Below are positions 40,268 to 51,846 of a DNA stretch of 64,000 nt, one piece after another. The notes below the pieces were generated by a model, which was not told the DNA's origin, ran no database searches, and worked only from the letters and a program-made list of their open reading frames with translations. Numbering within the stretch: the stretch's first letter is position 1; each line of letters begins with the position of its first letter. This DNA comes from Bythopirellula sp. GTDB taxonomy: Bacteria > Planctomycetota > Planctomycetia > Pirellulales > Lacipirellulaceae. Both the position numbers and the translations under genes were made by a program. Where the stretch lies: positions 1,888,001 to 1,952,000 of the forward strand of contig OZ244170.1 in NCBI GenBank assembly GCA_965216565.1, given 5' to 3'.

Positions 40268-41236
40268 ATGAACGCCTCCCCGCCTCGCATTGTGGTGCTC
40301 GATGGTTTCACGCTCAATCCTGGCGATTTGAGCTGGAAACTCTTGGAAGACCTTGGCGAGTGTGATATCTACGATCGCACCGATCCCAGCCAAACGGAGC
40401 AACGCTTAGCCGAAGCTGAGGTCGTTCTCACTAATAAGGTGGTGCTAAATAGCGATTTAATCGCAACACTGCCCAAGCTGAAGTACATTGGCGTATTGGC
40501 CACTGGCTACAACGTAGTTGATATCGACGCTGCCCAGCGACGAGACATAACTGTCGCCAATGTCCCCAGCTACAGCACGCCCTCGGTGGCCCAGACGGTT
40601 TTTGCGCACATCCTCAACCTCTTGCAACCCGTGGCAAGCCATGCGGCGGCCGTGAATTCCGGTCGCTGGACGTCATGCCCCGACTTCAGTTTCTGGGATT
40701 CGACTCTTACGGAGTTGGAGGGGCTGACTCTCGGCATCGTCGGTCTTGGTCAAATTGGCCAAGCCGTAGCCAGAATTGCCGACGCCTTTGGGATGATTGT
40801 GCTTGCCGTGGTCCCCTCGCCGCGACCTACAGCAGACTATGTGAAACTCGTCGAGCTGGATCAATTATTCAAGCAAAGTGATGTTATTAGTCTGCACTGC
40901 CCGCTCACTCCGGAAACCGAGGGACTGGTCGACGAGGCGCGTCTTCATCTCATGAAGCAAGATGCCCTACTCATCAATACCAGTCGCGGGCCACTAGTCG
41001 ACGAGTCAGCGTTGGCCGCGGCTCTCAACTCCGGGGCGATTGCCGGAGCGGGGCTCGATGTGCTCTCCACAGAACCGCCTTCCGCAGATAACCCATTGCT
41101 ATCCGCCAAAAACTGCCACATCACGCCCCATTTCGCTTGGGCCACGAAGGCGTCTCGCTCTCGGCTGATGGATACCGCCGTTGCGAATGTGGCATCCTAT
41201 CTAGGTGGTCGACCGCAGAATGTTGTCACCAAGTGA
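40268..41236 (+). CDS. D-2-hydroxyacid dehydrogenase (glycerate dehydrogenase-like)
   Basis: LNPGDLSW, ATGYNVVD, GLGQIG, HCPLT, NTSRG, TPHFAW. Confidence 0.93.
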   Translation: MNASPPRIVVLDGFTLNPGDLSWKLLEDLGECDIYDRTDPSQTEQRLAEAEVVLTNKVVLNSDLIATLPKLKYIGVLATGYNVVDIDAAQRRDITVANVPSYSTPSVAQTVFAHILNLLQPVASHAAAVNSGRWTSCPDFSFWDSTLTELEGLTLGIVGLGQIGQAVARIADAFGMIVLAVVPSPRPTADYVKLVELDQLFKQSDVISLHCPLTPETEGLVDEARLHLMKQDALLINTSRGPLVDESALAAALNSGAIAGAGLDVLSTEPPSADNPLLSAKNCHITPHFAWATKASRSRLMDTAVANVASYLGGRPQNVVTK

Positions 41237-41295
41237 TGTTCGAAAAGAGCTCTGATTAGCTCCCAACTTTGCAAAGCTTAGAGATTTCGCGTCTA

Positions 41296-42342
41296 TCATT
41301 CGGTAGATGACGGGCTGATCTTCAAATCCTGGTTTCTCTCAAACACACCGCGCCGCTCCAACTCGTCAAGAATCGTGTTGGTGAATAGAGGCACATCCTT
41401 TCCATCAATGTGCGAACCATCGGGGCATTCGATGTCTGCTATCGCGGGGAGTTCTAGGTAGTGAATCGGTACGCCGCGAGTCGTCTCCGCGAACTTATCC
41501 CAATATTTGTACTTGGGATAGAGTCGAGCGTTCAGGTCATAGTAGGCACTTGTCAACGGCATGGTGATGAACACAACTTGGCCGCCTCGCTGTTGTATCT
41601 GCTCGACCAGAGCCTCCACTTCTCGGATCCTTGATTTCCACTGATGTATATTTGAGAGTCCCCACTGGGCTACCCATCTTCGAGCGCGGTATCTTCGGAC
41701 CTCAAGACTATCGGGACGTCGATAATATTGAAAATCCGCCGTTCGCGATCGATCGAAGTGATTTGTCGTGTGTCGTGGGTAAGGTAAGCAGCCTTCCTCT
41801 ACCAGGTGTCGAACCACCGCAATTGCGGCAACCTCCGAACTTAAGAAAGCCACCTTGTCTTGCAACCAGGCAGAGATTGTGCGATTCAGGCGTCGGTCGA
41901 ATGAGATCTTTGTCTTCGAGACCGGCAAGTAGTCGACCATCGAAGTCCTGCCGACATCTCCCGAAGGCGCCACTGAACAGATAATGGTGCCCCGAAATGA
42001 TTCGTCCTTGGCAAAGTCCTCTAACAGTTCAAAGGCGCCTTTGCCGGCAATTTCAAGACGAATTAATGGCCGATCGGGGTATCGTTCGCGAAAGATTGTC
42101 GAAGAGAAACCCAACTTTAATCTTGAAGCCCCGATCGCAACCACCGCATTCTCCTGGGAGGCCGCTTGCTTATTAATTGCCCACCATAAGGGGTCGTCCG
42201 TCAACGAAGGGCGATGTCCGCCCCAGCGCCAGAAGAGCTCTAACGTGAGAGAAACTACCAGCACGGCGACGATACAGAGCACCCAAATCCGCCCGAGCGG
42301 CAAATTTGGAATGCGATCAAAACTGGAAGTAGATGAAGGCAC
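41296..42342 (-). CDS. SGNH-like (AlgJ/DltD-like) membrane-anchored protein
   Basis: N-terminal TM, IGASR and DGSH motifs; overlaps the MBOAT stop. Confidence 0.7.
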   Translation of the reverse strand: MPSSTSSFDRIPNLPLGRIWVLCIVAVLVVSLTLELFWRWGGHRPSLTDDPLWWAINKQAASQENAVVAIGASRLKLGFSSTIFRERYPDRPLIRLEIAGKGAFELLEDFAKDESFRGTIICSVAPSGDVGRTSMVDYLPVSKTKISFDRRLNRTISAWLQDKVAFLSSEVAAIAVVRHLVEEGCLPYPRHTTNHFDRSRTADFQYYRRPDSLEVRRYRARRWVAQWGLSNIHQWKSRIREVEALVEQIQQRGGQVVFITMPLTSAYYDLNARLYPKYKYWDKFAETTRGVPIHYLELPAIADIECPDGSHIDGKDVPLFTNTILDELERRGVFERNQDLKISPSSTE

Positions 42343-43732
42343 GATCTTCCCCCGGCGACGTAAAAATTAGCAGAATCATCACACCCAAGGCGAGTGCTGT
42401 CAGCCACCAAGGCAACCGCTCGGCTAAGCCTTCTAGGCTAGAGTTGCGAAGCACCCAGTGAGACGCAACGACGGCACCAACCGTGAGTCCAACAAGCCAG
42501 CTTTCGACGGAATCCACGAGTCGACTCGCGTTACCAACCGTTTCGCCCAACATGGCTGAGGCAATCGTAAAGGCTGATTCGAAATCATCTGCTCGAAAGA
42601 AAACCCAAGTGAAACAGACTAACACAAAAGTAAGCAGCATCAGGAAGGGTGCCATCGCGGGTCCGACGGGACGTGTGAACTTACTGCGCAGAAATCTTTC
42701 GCCCACTAAGTACAGCCCGTGCAGACCACCCCACGCTACGAACGTCCAAGCAGCTCCGTGCCAGAGTCCCCCAATGAGCATGGTCAGCATCAAGTTGATT
42801 TGCGTGCGAATAGCGCCGTTGCGATTTCCACCTAATGGAATATAGAGATAGTCGCGCAACCACGAAGACAACGAAATGTGCCAGCGATTCCAGAAGTCCG
42901 AGAAGCCAATCGCTGCGTAGGGTGCCCGAAAATTGTCTGGAATCCTAAATCCTAGGCACATAGCTACGCCAATGGCACAACTCGAATAGCCAGAAAAATC
43001 GCAGAGAATCTGCCCAGAAAATGCCAGCGTCCCGCACCATGCGCTCCAGACATCCGGCTTGCTGCCAGCCTCGTAAACCTTTTCGACCGTCGGCGCTAAC
43101 AGTCCGTCTGCGACGACCACCTTTTGAAACAGACCCACCACCAATAACACTAGCCCCCACGCCATCTGGGGCATTGCGGCCTGCTTTGGTTCCTCGCACT
43201 GGGGCAGGAATTCTGTGGAACGGACAATCGGACCAGCCACGAGCTGCGGGAAGAAAGTGACGTACAGGGCAAAATCAATGAGCGAACGACTCGGACGTGT
43301 GCGGCCAAAATAAACGTCCAGCGAATAGGAGAGTGTTTGGAATGTGTAGAAAGATATTCCCACTGGCAAAATGATATCGGGCTGAGCAGGTTGCCACGAA
43401 ACACCGACGACATCAAGCAGCGCAACAAAGTTCTCCAATAGAAAACCACCGTACTTGAAAAATCCCAACAGCCCCAAGTTGACGGCTAAAGAGATCCCAA
43501 GCCACATTCGCCGAATTGTTTTTCCCTCCGACGCCGCGATTCGCTTCGCCACGACCCAATCGGTAAGCGTTGAAATCCACAGTAGAATGACGAAAGGGGG
43601 ATTCCACGCCGCGTAGAACAGATAGCTGGACAGAATTAGATTGATTTTCTTCCAGCGCCACGGAATCGGCAAACGATGAACTATCAGGACGACTGCAAGA
43701 AAAGCGATGAAGGTGTAGGAATTGAAAATCAT
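42317..43732 (-). CDS. MBOAT O-acyltransferase (AlgI/PatA/DltB-like)
   Basis: LPVGISFYTFQ, FFPQLVAGPI, DFSGYS, FWNRWHISLSSWLRDYLYIPLGG, GLWHGA, C-terminal FIYFQF. Confidence 0.95.
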   Translation of the reverse strand: MIFNSYTFIAFLAVVLIVHRLPIPWRWKKINLILSSYLFYAAWNPPFVILLWISTLTDWVVAKRIAASEGKTIRRMWLGISLAVNLGLLGFFKYGGFLLENFVALLDVVGVSWQPAQPDIILPVGISFYTFQTLSYSLDVYFGRTRPSRSLIDFALYVTFFPQLVAGPIVRSTEFLPQCEEPKQAAMPQMAWGLVLLVVGLFQKVVVADGLLAPTVEKVYEAGSKPDVWSAWCGTLAFSGQILCDFSGYSSCAIGVAMCLGFRIPDNFRAPYAAIGFSDFWNRWHISLSSWLRDYLYIPLGGNRNGAIRTQINLMLTMLIGGLWHGAAWTFVAWGGLHGLYLVGERFLRSKFTRPVGPAMAPFLMLLTFVLVCFTWVFFRADDFESAFTIASAMLGETVGNASRLVDSVESWLVGLTVGAVVASHWVLRNSSLEGLAERLPWWLTALALGVMILLIFTSPGEDRAFIYFQF

Positions 43733-43961
43733 GCAGATCAAGTGCCTGGATCATTCCATAGTTGGAATCTATGCAAGCTATCCTTTGAATCAAGAGCAGA
43801 TGATCGACCACACCCTGAGAATAGCGAGTCCCGATGTCATCTCGAGGTCGCCTCGGAATGGCTATTCACGCCCTACAGCTTAGGCAGGCGGCGGCAGGAG
43901 TTCAATCAATCGCTGCCCAGATAGGGCATGATTCGGAACGTCGGCTCAGAAAACGGCGACG

Positions 43962-44001
43962 AAAAAAATCGCCCCAAGAATCAAGTGATCCTTGGGGCGA
44001 T
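43962..44001 (-). terminator. Intrinsic terminator of tRNA-Cys
   Basis: ATCGCCCCAAGGATC/GATTCTTGGGGCGAT stem followed by a T-tract on the minus strand. Confidence 0.8.
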
Positions 44002-44010
44002 CGTGCAAAG

Positions 44011-44082
44011 AGGCGCCGCCCGGATTCGAACCGGGGATGTCGGATTTGCAATCCGATGCCTTAGCCACTTGGCCACGGCGCC
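44011..44082 (-). tRNA. tRNA-Cys (GCA), CCA not encoded
   Basis: GGCGCCG acceptor stem, D arm GCCAAGTGGCTAAGGC, anticodon arm TCGGA-TTGCAAA-TCCGA, T loop GGTTCGAATCC. Confidence 0.97.
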
Positions 44083-44462
44083 ATGATCGATTTTGATATC
44101 TATTTGATATCTAGTTTGCCACACAGGAACTTGCTACTTCCTGTGCAACCGGGTCACAACTTCTATTCGGCAACCCGACAGCAAGCCTTGAGGGACTTCT
44201 GAAAGTTAATTTGTTCCTGCCAGGTAACCCTAAGCAATCAAGGGGTTTCGGTCAAGTGCAGTCACTCTGGTGAATACGGACTTTTGGGGGAACGCGCAAG
44301 GAGTTCCACTCGCGCCAGCCGCGAACAGCTAGGAGGGTTCCTCTGGAGATTCGACCTGCATGGATTCGATGCATGTAGAGAGAAGAGATGCCCGGCGCGT
44401 GCTGATGACGATTTGTTATCGCCATGCCGACTGACCGCAGAAAATCGAGGGAGGATTTGCCG

Positions 44463-44801
44463 ATGCTGAATTTGATTGCCATGCTGTTCAAAACGACCCC
44501 GGCCGCCAAAGTAGAAGTCGTAGCCCGTCAGGTCGTCGATTCTAGCCTCGCCAGCGCCACGCAATTGGTTGCTGCCGATCTGGCCGAGATGTCGCTTTCA
44601 GAGGCACGCGGCTTTATCCGAGCCCGCTGCGGCCGGTTGCTGAGACGGCACACGCGCATGGCAATCAACAATCACGCAGAAGCCGACATCTGCTGGACTC
44701 CTCAGGTGCTCCGCATGGCCACCGAACGTTTGATACCCGTAGTGCTTCGTGAGTCGCGGGTAGGTATGCCTCGTCAGCTAGGATTGAAGATGGCGGCTTA
44801 G
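44463..44801 (+). CDS. Hypothetical protein
   Basis: SD GGAGG; helical ORF. Confidence 0.65.
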   Translation: MLNLIAMLFKTTPAAKVEVVARQVVDSSLASATQLVAADLAEMSLSEARGFIRARCGRLLRRHTRMAINNHAEADICWTPQVLRMATERLIPVVLRESRVGMPRQLGLKMAA

Positions 44802-44829
44802 TTGCCGCTATCGGTTGGATTTGCCCCTG

Positions 44830-45177
44830 ATGGACCCTAGCTCTTATCCCTCGCTGCAGAGTTTGGCGAAGTGCAATGCACAGCTAGCCGCGAATAGTCG
44901 GCGTGTCGAACACATTGCCGACACGCAGTTGGACGGCATCGAGCGATTCTTTCAGGCGGCAACCACCGGAAACTGGGAGTCGATTGCCCAAGCCTCGCGA
45001 TATCTTGCCAAACAAGATTCCACAATGCTTGACGAACAAGTGATTCTTCATGCTCGCCAACTATGTATCGAGTTGGCCCAGGCTCGCTCTCGTCCTTCAG
45101 AACCGAAGAGCTTTGCGAATCTGATCGAAGCCTGCCGAAGTAGCCGGCGACATCGAATGGCTCAAGACTACAAGTAA
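44830..45177 (+). CDS. Hypothetical protein
   Basis: Co-oriented and closely spaced after the 44463 ORF. Confidence 0.6.
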   Translation: MDPSSYPSLQSLAKCNAQLAANSRRVEHIADTQLDGIERFFQAATTGNWESIAQASRYLAKQDSTMLDEQVILHARQLCIELAQARSRPSEPKSFANLIEACRSSRRHRMAQDYK

Positions 45178-45181
45178 CGCA

Positions 45182-45583
45182 TTACCTTCGCACGGTGTAA
45201 GAATAGCCGTACGGATACGAGTAATGGTAGTAAGGCCGATAGCCGCTATTGTAGACGAATAGCCCCGCTTTAGGCCGTGTCCAAGTCAAGCTAGTGGCCG
45301 CCATCCAAGGTAGAGTGGTGGCATCGGGTCGGCCTGGCACCAATCCGTGTCGACGCTGTGCCTCTAAACGGGCCAGGCGACTCTTGCCTCGTGCAATCGC
45401 CTTCTGCTGGGCAATGGAAAGCTTGGGCTCCTCCGTCACGGGCGGATAATAATATTCGCTATCAGGCGCGCGGCTGGCAGACGGTTCTCCCTGTTGGGCG
45501 GTTGCTGATTGTGGTGCAGAAAGCAAGATTGCAAACACAAGCGACAGCAAGAGGAAAACACACGATAGGCGTTTGAAAGTCAT
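45182..45583 (-). CDS. Small secreted protein with Tyr-rich C-terminus
   Basis: Signal peptide; YRPYYHYSYPYGYSY tail. Confidence 0.7.
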   Translation of the reverse strand: MTFKRLSCVFLLLSLVFAILLSAPQSATAQQGEPSASRAPDSEYYYPPVTEEPKLSIAQQKAIARGKSRLARLEAQRRHGLVPGRPDATTLPWMAATSLTWTRPKAGLFVYNSGYRPYYHYSYPYGYSYTVRR

Positions 45584-45767
45584 CGCAACATCCAGGAAAA
45601 CAGAGTGAACCTTAATGGGCGCTCGAGCCGAGCTTTCCCGCTATTCTCTGTTTCGGCAACCAGTTCAATAGCCCTGAGCCGGAACGGCCCAGAGCAGTCA
45701 TTCCCCCCACTTAGCGACCGATCTTCCGATCTAGGCAATCTCTAAGGGTTGGGAAATAGCTCTCAGC

Positions 45768-45823
45768 TCTCAGCTCTCAGCTCTCAGCCCTCAGCTCTCA
45801 GCTTTCCGCTCTCCGCTCTCCGC

Positions 45824-45825
<2 letters not shown>
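45768..45825. repeat. Heptanucleotide tandem repeat (AGCTCTC, about 8 degenerate units)
   Basis: agctctc x4, agccctc, agctctc, agctttc, cgctctc...; abuts the uvrB stop. Confidence 0.85.
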
Positions 45826-47893
<2,068 letters not shown>

Positions 47894-48061
47894 GGCAGGT
47901 ATGTGGCGGGTTCGGGGGAGAACGGGCAAGACAGTCGGCAATCGGCCGAGATTCCTAACCCATTATTAGAACGGGTTGTGGCGTAAGGCGAAAGCCTTCC
48001 AGACAATTAGACGCAGATGCAATAAAAGCACCTTTAGACACTGCAAAATCAGCCACCCAAT

Positions 48062-48134
48062 TAGCCGGACCGCCACGCGGTCCGCCGTGGTGGGCCGGAC
48101 CGCCGATCTCCGGAGGCAAGTGTGCCTCCGGCTA
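48062..48134. repeat. REP-like palindrome, family B copy 2
   Basis: Shares ccggaggcaagtgtgcctccggcta and tagccgga.cgcca with 8837..8910. Confidence 0.8.
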
Positions 48135-48240
48135 GGCAGCGTAAAAAAGAATGCCTAACACCTTTCCTCGTCTATCACCGCCTGTACATTGATTCTGTTG
48201 GCTCAAGTCCCCCTCTCATCTGACTAGGCAAAAGTCAAAA

Positions 48241-48444
48241 ATGTCGAACGAAGAAACAAACGAACTGCTCCGCGAAATCCGCAACTTACTGGCAGAAAGA
48301 GAACAGAAGTACGACGAACATCTAGAAAAAACTCGGAAACTCTACGAGTCACAGCTACGCAGGGCGCGGAGATTCCAATTACGCAGCATTCTATTCGTGC
48401 TGGTTCTCTTCATCGCATTCATCTTCTTGAACTTGAACCGGTAG
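48241..48444 (+). CDS. Small coiled-coil protein with C-terminal TM
   Basis: 67 aa, charged helix then ILFVLVLFIAFIFL. Confidence 0.6.
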   Translation: MSNEETNELLREIRNLLAEREQKYDEHLEKTRKLYESQLRRARRFQLRSILFVLVLFIAFIFLNLNR

Positions 48445-48554
48445 GAGCAACAAAAGTTGGTGCCATGCTCCACGCTTGCGTGGTCATGCGAAGCGTAAGA
48501 GACACCCCACGATGGAGGACCACCTTGGGCATGGCATCGATTGAAATCTAGCAA

Positions 48555-48998
48555 CTATTGCACCGCTTCCGCCCATTCGCGTTCCAGCGCCGCCCAGTCA
48601 GTATCCTTCGGGATCGGCAACAGATACGGCCGCATTTTGTCCAGCGTCCTGAGGCCAATGCCATCTACTCGCGTCACCTGGCCGAGATCCTGGTAGGGAC
48701 CGTTCTCCGAACGTTCCAAGATTATGCGTCGAGCCAATGTTTCGCCAATGCCGGGAAGCTGAATCAACTCCGGCCAATCGGCACGATTGACATCCACTTG
48801 AAACTTCGCTGTCAGCGGCGGAGCGCGGTCGATATGGATGAGTTCGCCACGATGTCCGCCTCGGTAGGCCCAATAGCTGACCATCATCACCAGCACACTC
48901 GCGGCCAATGCAAGCAGACTCACCTGGTCCCGCGGCTTAATAAGCGGTTGACGAGTATTTAAAGTATCGGATTGTCTCGGCTCGATAGCCATACGCAT
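48555..48998 (-). CDS. ComEA-family helix-hairpin-helix DNA-binding protein
   Basis: VDVNRA...LPGIGETLA.RI...GPY..L..V.GIG. Confidence 0.88.
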   Translation of the reverse strand: MRMAIEPRQSDTLNTRQPLIKPRDQVSLLALAASVLVMMVSYWAYRGGHRGELIHIDRAPPLTAKFQVDVNRADWPELIQLPGIGETLARRIILERSENGPYQDLGQVTRVDGIGLRTLDKMRPYLLPIPKDTDWAALEREWAEAVQ

Positions 48999-49810
48999 TA
49001 ATTCGAAGACTTAGGTGCTTCTTCGGGCTCCCAATGCAAAGCCGCGATGAGGGCTTTGCCGTATTGCTTCCAAAGTACGTCGGCATCCATACCCGCATCT
49101 TTGGGTAGCTCAAGCGTGATAATTGGTCTCCCGAGTGTCTCACCCACAAATGAACCGAACGACCCGGGCCGGCCGCCGAGCTTTTTCACCTTGAGACGGC
49201 ACTCTGCAGCCATCGCTTTGGCAAGTCCTTCGGCGGGGCCGTCGTAGTCAATGCAGTCGATCGGTTGATGGATGCTGACCACCCGACTCGGGAAATAGCG
49301 GCACAGCACACGCATGAGCACTCGCGATTCTGGCTCCGAGAGGGGTGTATCACCATGCAGGTTGACTTTCTCAACCTTCCAATTTCCGGCTGGGAAATTA
49401 CGGTTCAGGTCGACCCCGCGCGTGTTGTACCGTTTGTCGGCCGCAAAGCCATCGGGATTTGCTACGGGGACGACAACTACCTGCTTGCCCTCTAGCTCTG
49501 AGGGATTTTCTTCCAACCATCGCCCAAAAGGTTTCATCAGCGGCGTGCCAGCGGCCTCGTTGCCGTGAATCGTGGCGATCACCAATAGCACGTCCGGGCC
49601 GCTGCCATAGACTATACACTCGATCGGCCTCCCCTCGGCGGATTTGCCGATGGTGGACTTTACCGGCGCGGTTGAAGACTGCTCTATTGCGGCAACTGCT
49701 TCCTCAGCTCGAGCCTCTTGGGGATTCACAAGCAAGTCCGAACTCACCAGAGCAGCAACAAGAAGTAATGGATAAGCACATTCGGGTCGAGTTAGCAGCG
49801 AACGTTTCAT
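48998..49810 (-). CDS. M14 zinc peptidase, murein peptide amidase MpaA-like
   Basis: GKSAEGRPI, IHGNE, NPDG, GVDLNRNF, SEPE, SIH, ITLEL. Confidence 0.85.
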   Translation of the reverse strand: MKRSLLTRPECAYPLLLVAALVSSDLLVNPQEARAEEAVAAIEQSSTAPVKSTIGKSAEGRPIECIVYGSGPDVLLVIATIHGNEAAGTPLMKPFGRWLEENPSELEGKQVVVVPVANPDGFAADKRYNTRGVDLNRNFPAGNWKVEKVNLHGDTPLSEPESRVLMRVLCRYFPSRVVSIHQPIDCIDYDGPAEGLAKAMAAECRLKVKKLGGRPGSFGSFVGETLGRPIITLELPKDAGMDADVLWKQYGKALIAALHWEPEEAPKSSN

Positions 49811-49926
49811 ATCGGAAAAAACCTATGGGTTGCAAAGATTGCGACGAGCAAGGGATATTAAAGCACTTAGGCAGCGTTTTTCCCAAACAATATTTCCCAA
49901 TATAACAAATCACAATCGGAGCGGAT

Positions 49927-50865
49927 GTGGCAAACGACTTTTCACAGCTAGAGTGGGACGACCGCCTACGTGTCGATTGTCGGGCACTAGTGCAGTTGGC
50001 ATTGCTTGAGGATTTAGATGGTCAGAACGACTGGACCACCCAAGCTATCGTACCTGAGACAAGCGAAGGGACCGCCGACATCGTGGCCCGCGAGGCGGGC
50101 GTTGTCGCGGGGTTGCCCACAATTGAGATCGTGATCGATTTGCTTCAGGCCGACATCCAAGTGGAGACGGCGGTTTCCGATGGTTCAGCCGTCGCTGCCG
50201 GTGCCATCCTAGCGAGCCTCAGCGGTAACACCCGTGATATTCTCACTGCCGAAAGGACGATTCTCAATCTTCTCGGGCGTCTCATGGGCATTGCGACACT
50301 CACGAACAACTATGTCGAAAAAGTACAGAAGGTCAACAAAGAGCAGGGGAGTTCCGCCCAGGTCTACGACACTCGGAAGACAACCCCAGGGTGGAGAAGG
50401 TTAGAAAAGTATGCCGTCAAATGTGGTGGAGCACAGAACCATCGCACCGGGTTGTTCGATGCCATACTGATCAAGGACAACCACTTGGCTCAAAGCGGTC
50501 GGCAGGATCTCTCACCAGCGGCTGCCGTTCAGCAGGCAAGAGAGTTCTTGGACCACTGCAAAGAAATTTCTGCACCTGACAAGTTTCTAGTTGAGATAGA
50601 AGTCGATACGCTCGAGCAACTAGCAGTAGCTTTGGCCGCGCAGCCTGATATCGTTTTGCTCGACAATATGTCAATTTCCGAATTGTGCGAGGGCGTGAAG
50701 ATCCGTAACGGATCGGCCCCAGAAGTTCACCTAGAAGCCTCGGGCGGAGTGAATCTCGACACGATTTCGGAGATTGCCGGAACCGGTGTCGATCGAATCA
50801 GTGTGGGCGCCCTAACCCATTCAGCCCGATCACTCGACGTCGGATTGGACTGGAACCCAGCTTGA
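49927..50865 (+). CDS. nadC: Nicotinate-nucleotide diphosphorylase (quinolinate phosphoribosyltransferase)
   Basis: DTRKTTPG, HR.GLFDAILIKDNH, EIEVD, LLDNM, EASGG, SVGALTH. Confidence 0.96.
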   Translation: MANDFSQLEWDDRLRVDCRALVQLALLEDLDGQNDWTTQAIVPETSEGTADIVAREAGVVAGLPTIEIVIDLLQADIQVETAVSDGSAVAAGAILASLSGNTRDILTAERTILNLLGRLMGIATLTNNYVEKVQKVNKEQGSSAQVYDTRKTTPGWRRLEKYAVKCGGAQNHRTGLFDAILIKDNHLAQSGRQDLSPAAAVQQAREFLDHCKEISAPDKFLVEIEVDTLEQLAVALAAQPDIVLLDNMSISELCEGVKIRNGSAPEVHLEASGGVNLDTISEIAGTGVDRISVGALTHSARSLDVGLDWNPA

Positions 50866-51097
50866 ATGGCAACTTCTTAGGTCCAGACGGTGGCGTCTAG
50901 TTCTCCCCAGCTGCCCTACGGTTGCATTTTGGAAACGCGTGTAGGGTATCCTTGGTTGCCGGATCACATCATACCTATTCGCCGACGAGCCGCATTGCAC
51001 GCCGAATTCGATCACTTGTCCCCAAAGATTTGACACACTCTTTGGCAAACCTAGATTTGGATGTTCCAGCACCTTTGGGGAGGGGTGTTGGACCACC

Positions 51098-51148
51098 GAC
51101 GCGGCGGGAACGCTTGAGCGAGAGGGGACCCCGCCGCGTCATTTTTTT
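51098..51148 (+). terminator. Intrinsic terminator (candidate sRNA 3' end)
   Basis: GACGCGGCGGG / CCCGCCGCGTC stem followed by T7. Confidence 0.75.
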
Positions 51149-51213
51149 GGTTTCCAACCCATAATTCCCCTAAATCTGCCGAAGCTTTGTCAAGCACCCG
51201 CCAGAAAATATAT

Positions 51214-51242
51214 TTGACAGCATCGTAGGGAGCGATTAGACT
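51214..51242 (+). promoter_or_regulatory. sigma70-like promoter
   Basis: TTGACA-N17-TAGACT with AT-rich upstream sequence. Confidence 0.6.
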
Positions 51243-51846
51243 GGGGCTTAGCAGGGGTCATTTTCGTTAGAGATCCCCTATTTTTACCGCTTTTTTCAAT
51301 TCACAAAGGGTTGTGGAACTCATGAACATTCGATCGACGACAGGTCAAACAGACACTGTCGTTGTCCGAGCAGGCGAAACAATAAGCCTGGGTTCCCAAC
51401 ACCATCTCTCGAATTGAACCTCCTACGCTTCCACACACTGTGTGTATTTCCGCGTGATTTGGTAATTTCAGCCCGATGGTTGCTTGGACTCTGCTGAGCC
51501 CGTTATCCGCATTCAGTACGGGTACCGTGCACGTAGTTTCTTCGTCTGTCTCCGTTTCACCTGAGCTGATTCGATGGATTGCGCTGCGCATTCCACCGTG
51601 TAATCAGCACCATGCCTGAAACGCTGTAGGGCAACTAGTCTCACGACCTCGCGCAAGTTGCGCACCCTTCACAAACCGGATTCGGTTCTGAATTGCTTGC
51701 GCCAGCAGGCATGTCGTCTATCGAATGGCATCAGCAGTAACACTGCTTGATCAATTTCACGAGTTGCACTCCCACTACTACACCTTGGGAGAAGAGTGCG
51801 CGGCTGACTTTTGGGGAAGTTCGTCGCAAGCAATCGGAGCAACATC

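Noticed and set aside
41296..44082. Genomic island integrated at tRNA-Cys
   Set aside because: No integrase and no duplicated tRNA 3' end noticed in the window
50975..51157. 60-aa basic minus-strand ORF
   Set aside because: Antisense to a hairpin/terminator structure; GC-stem-derived composition
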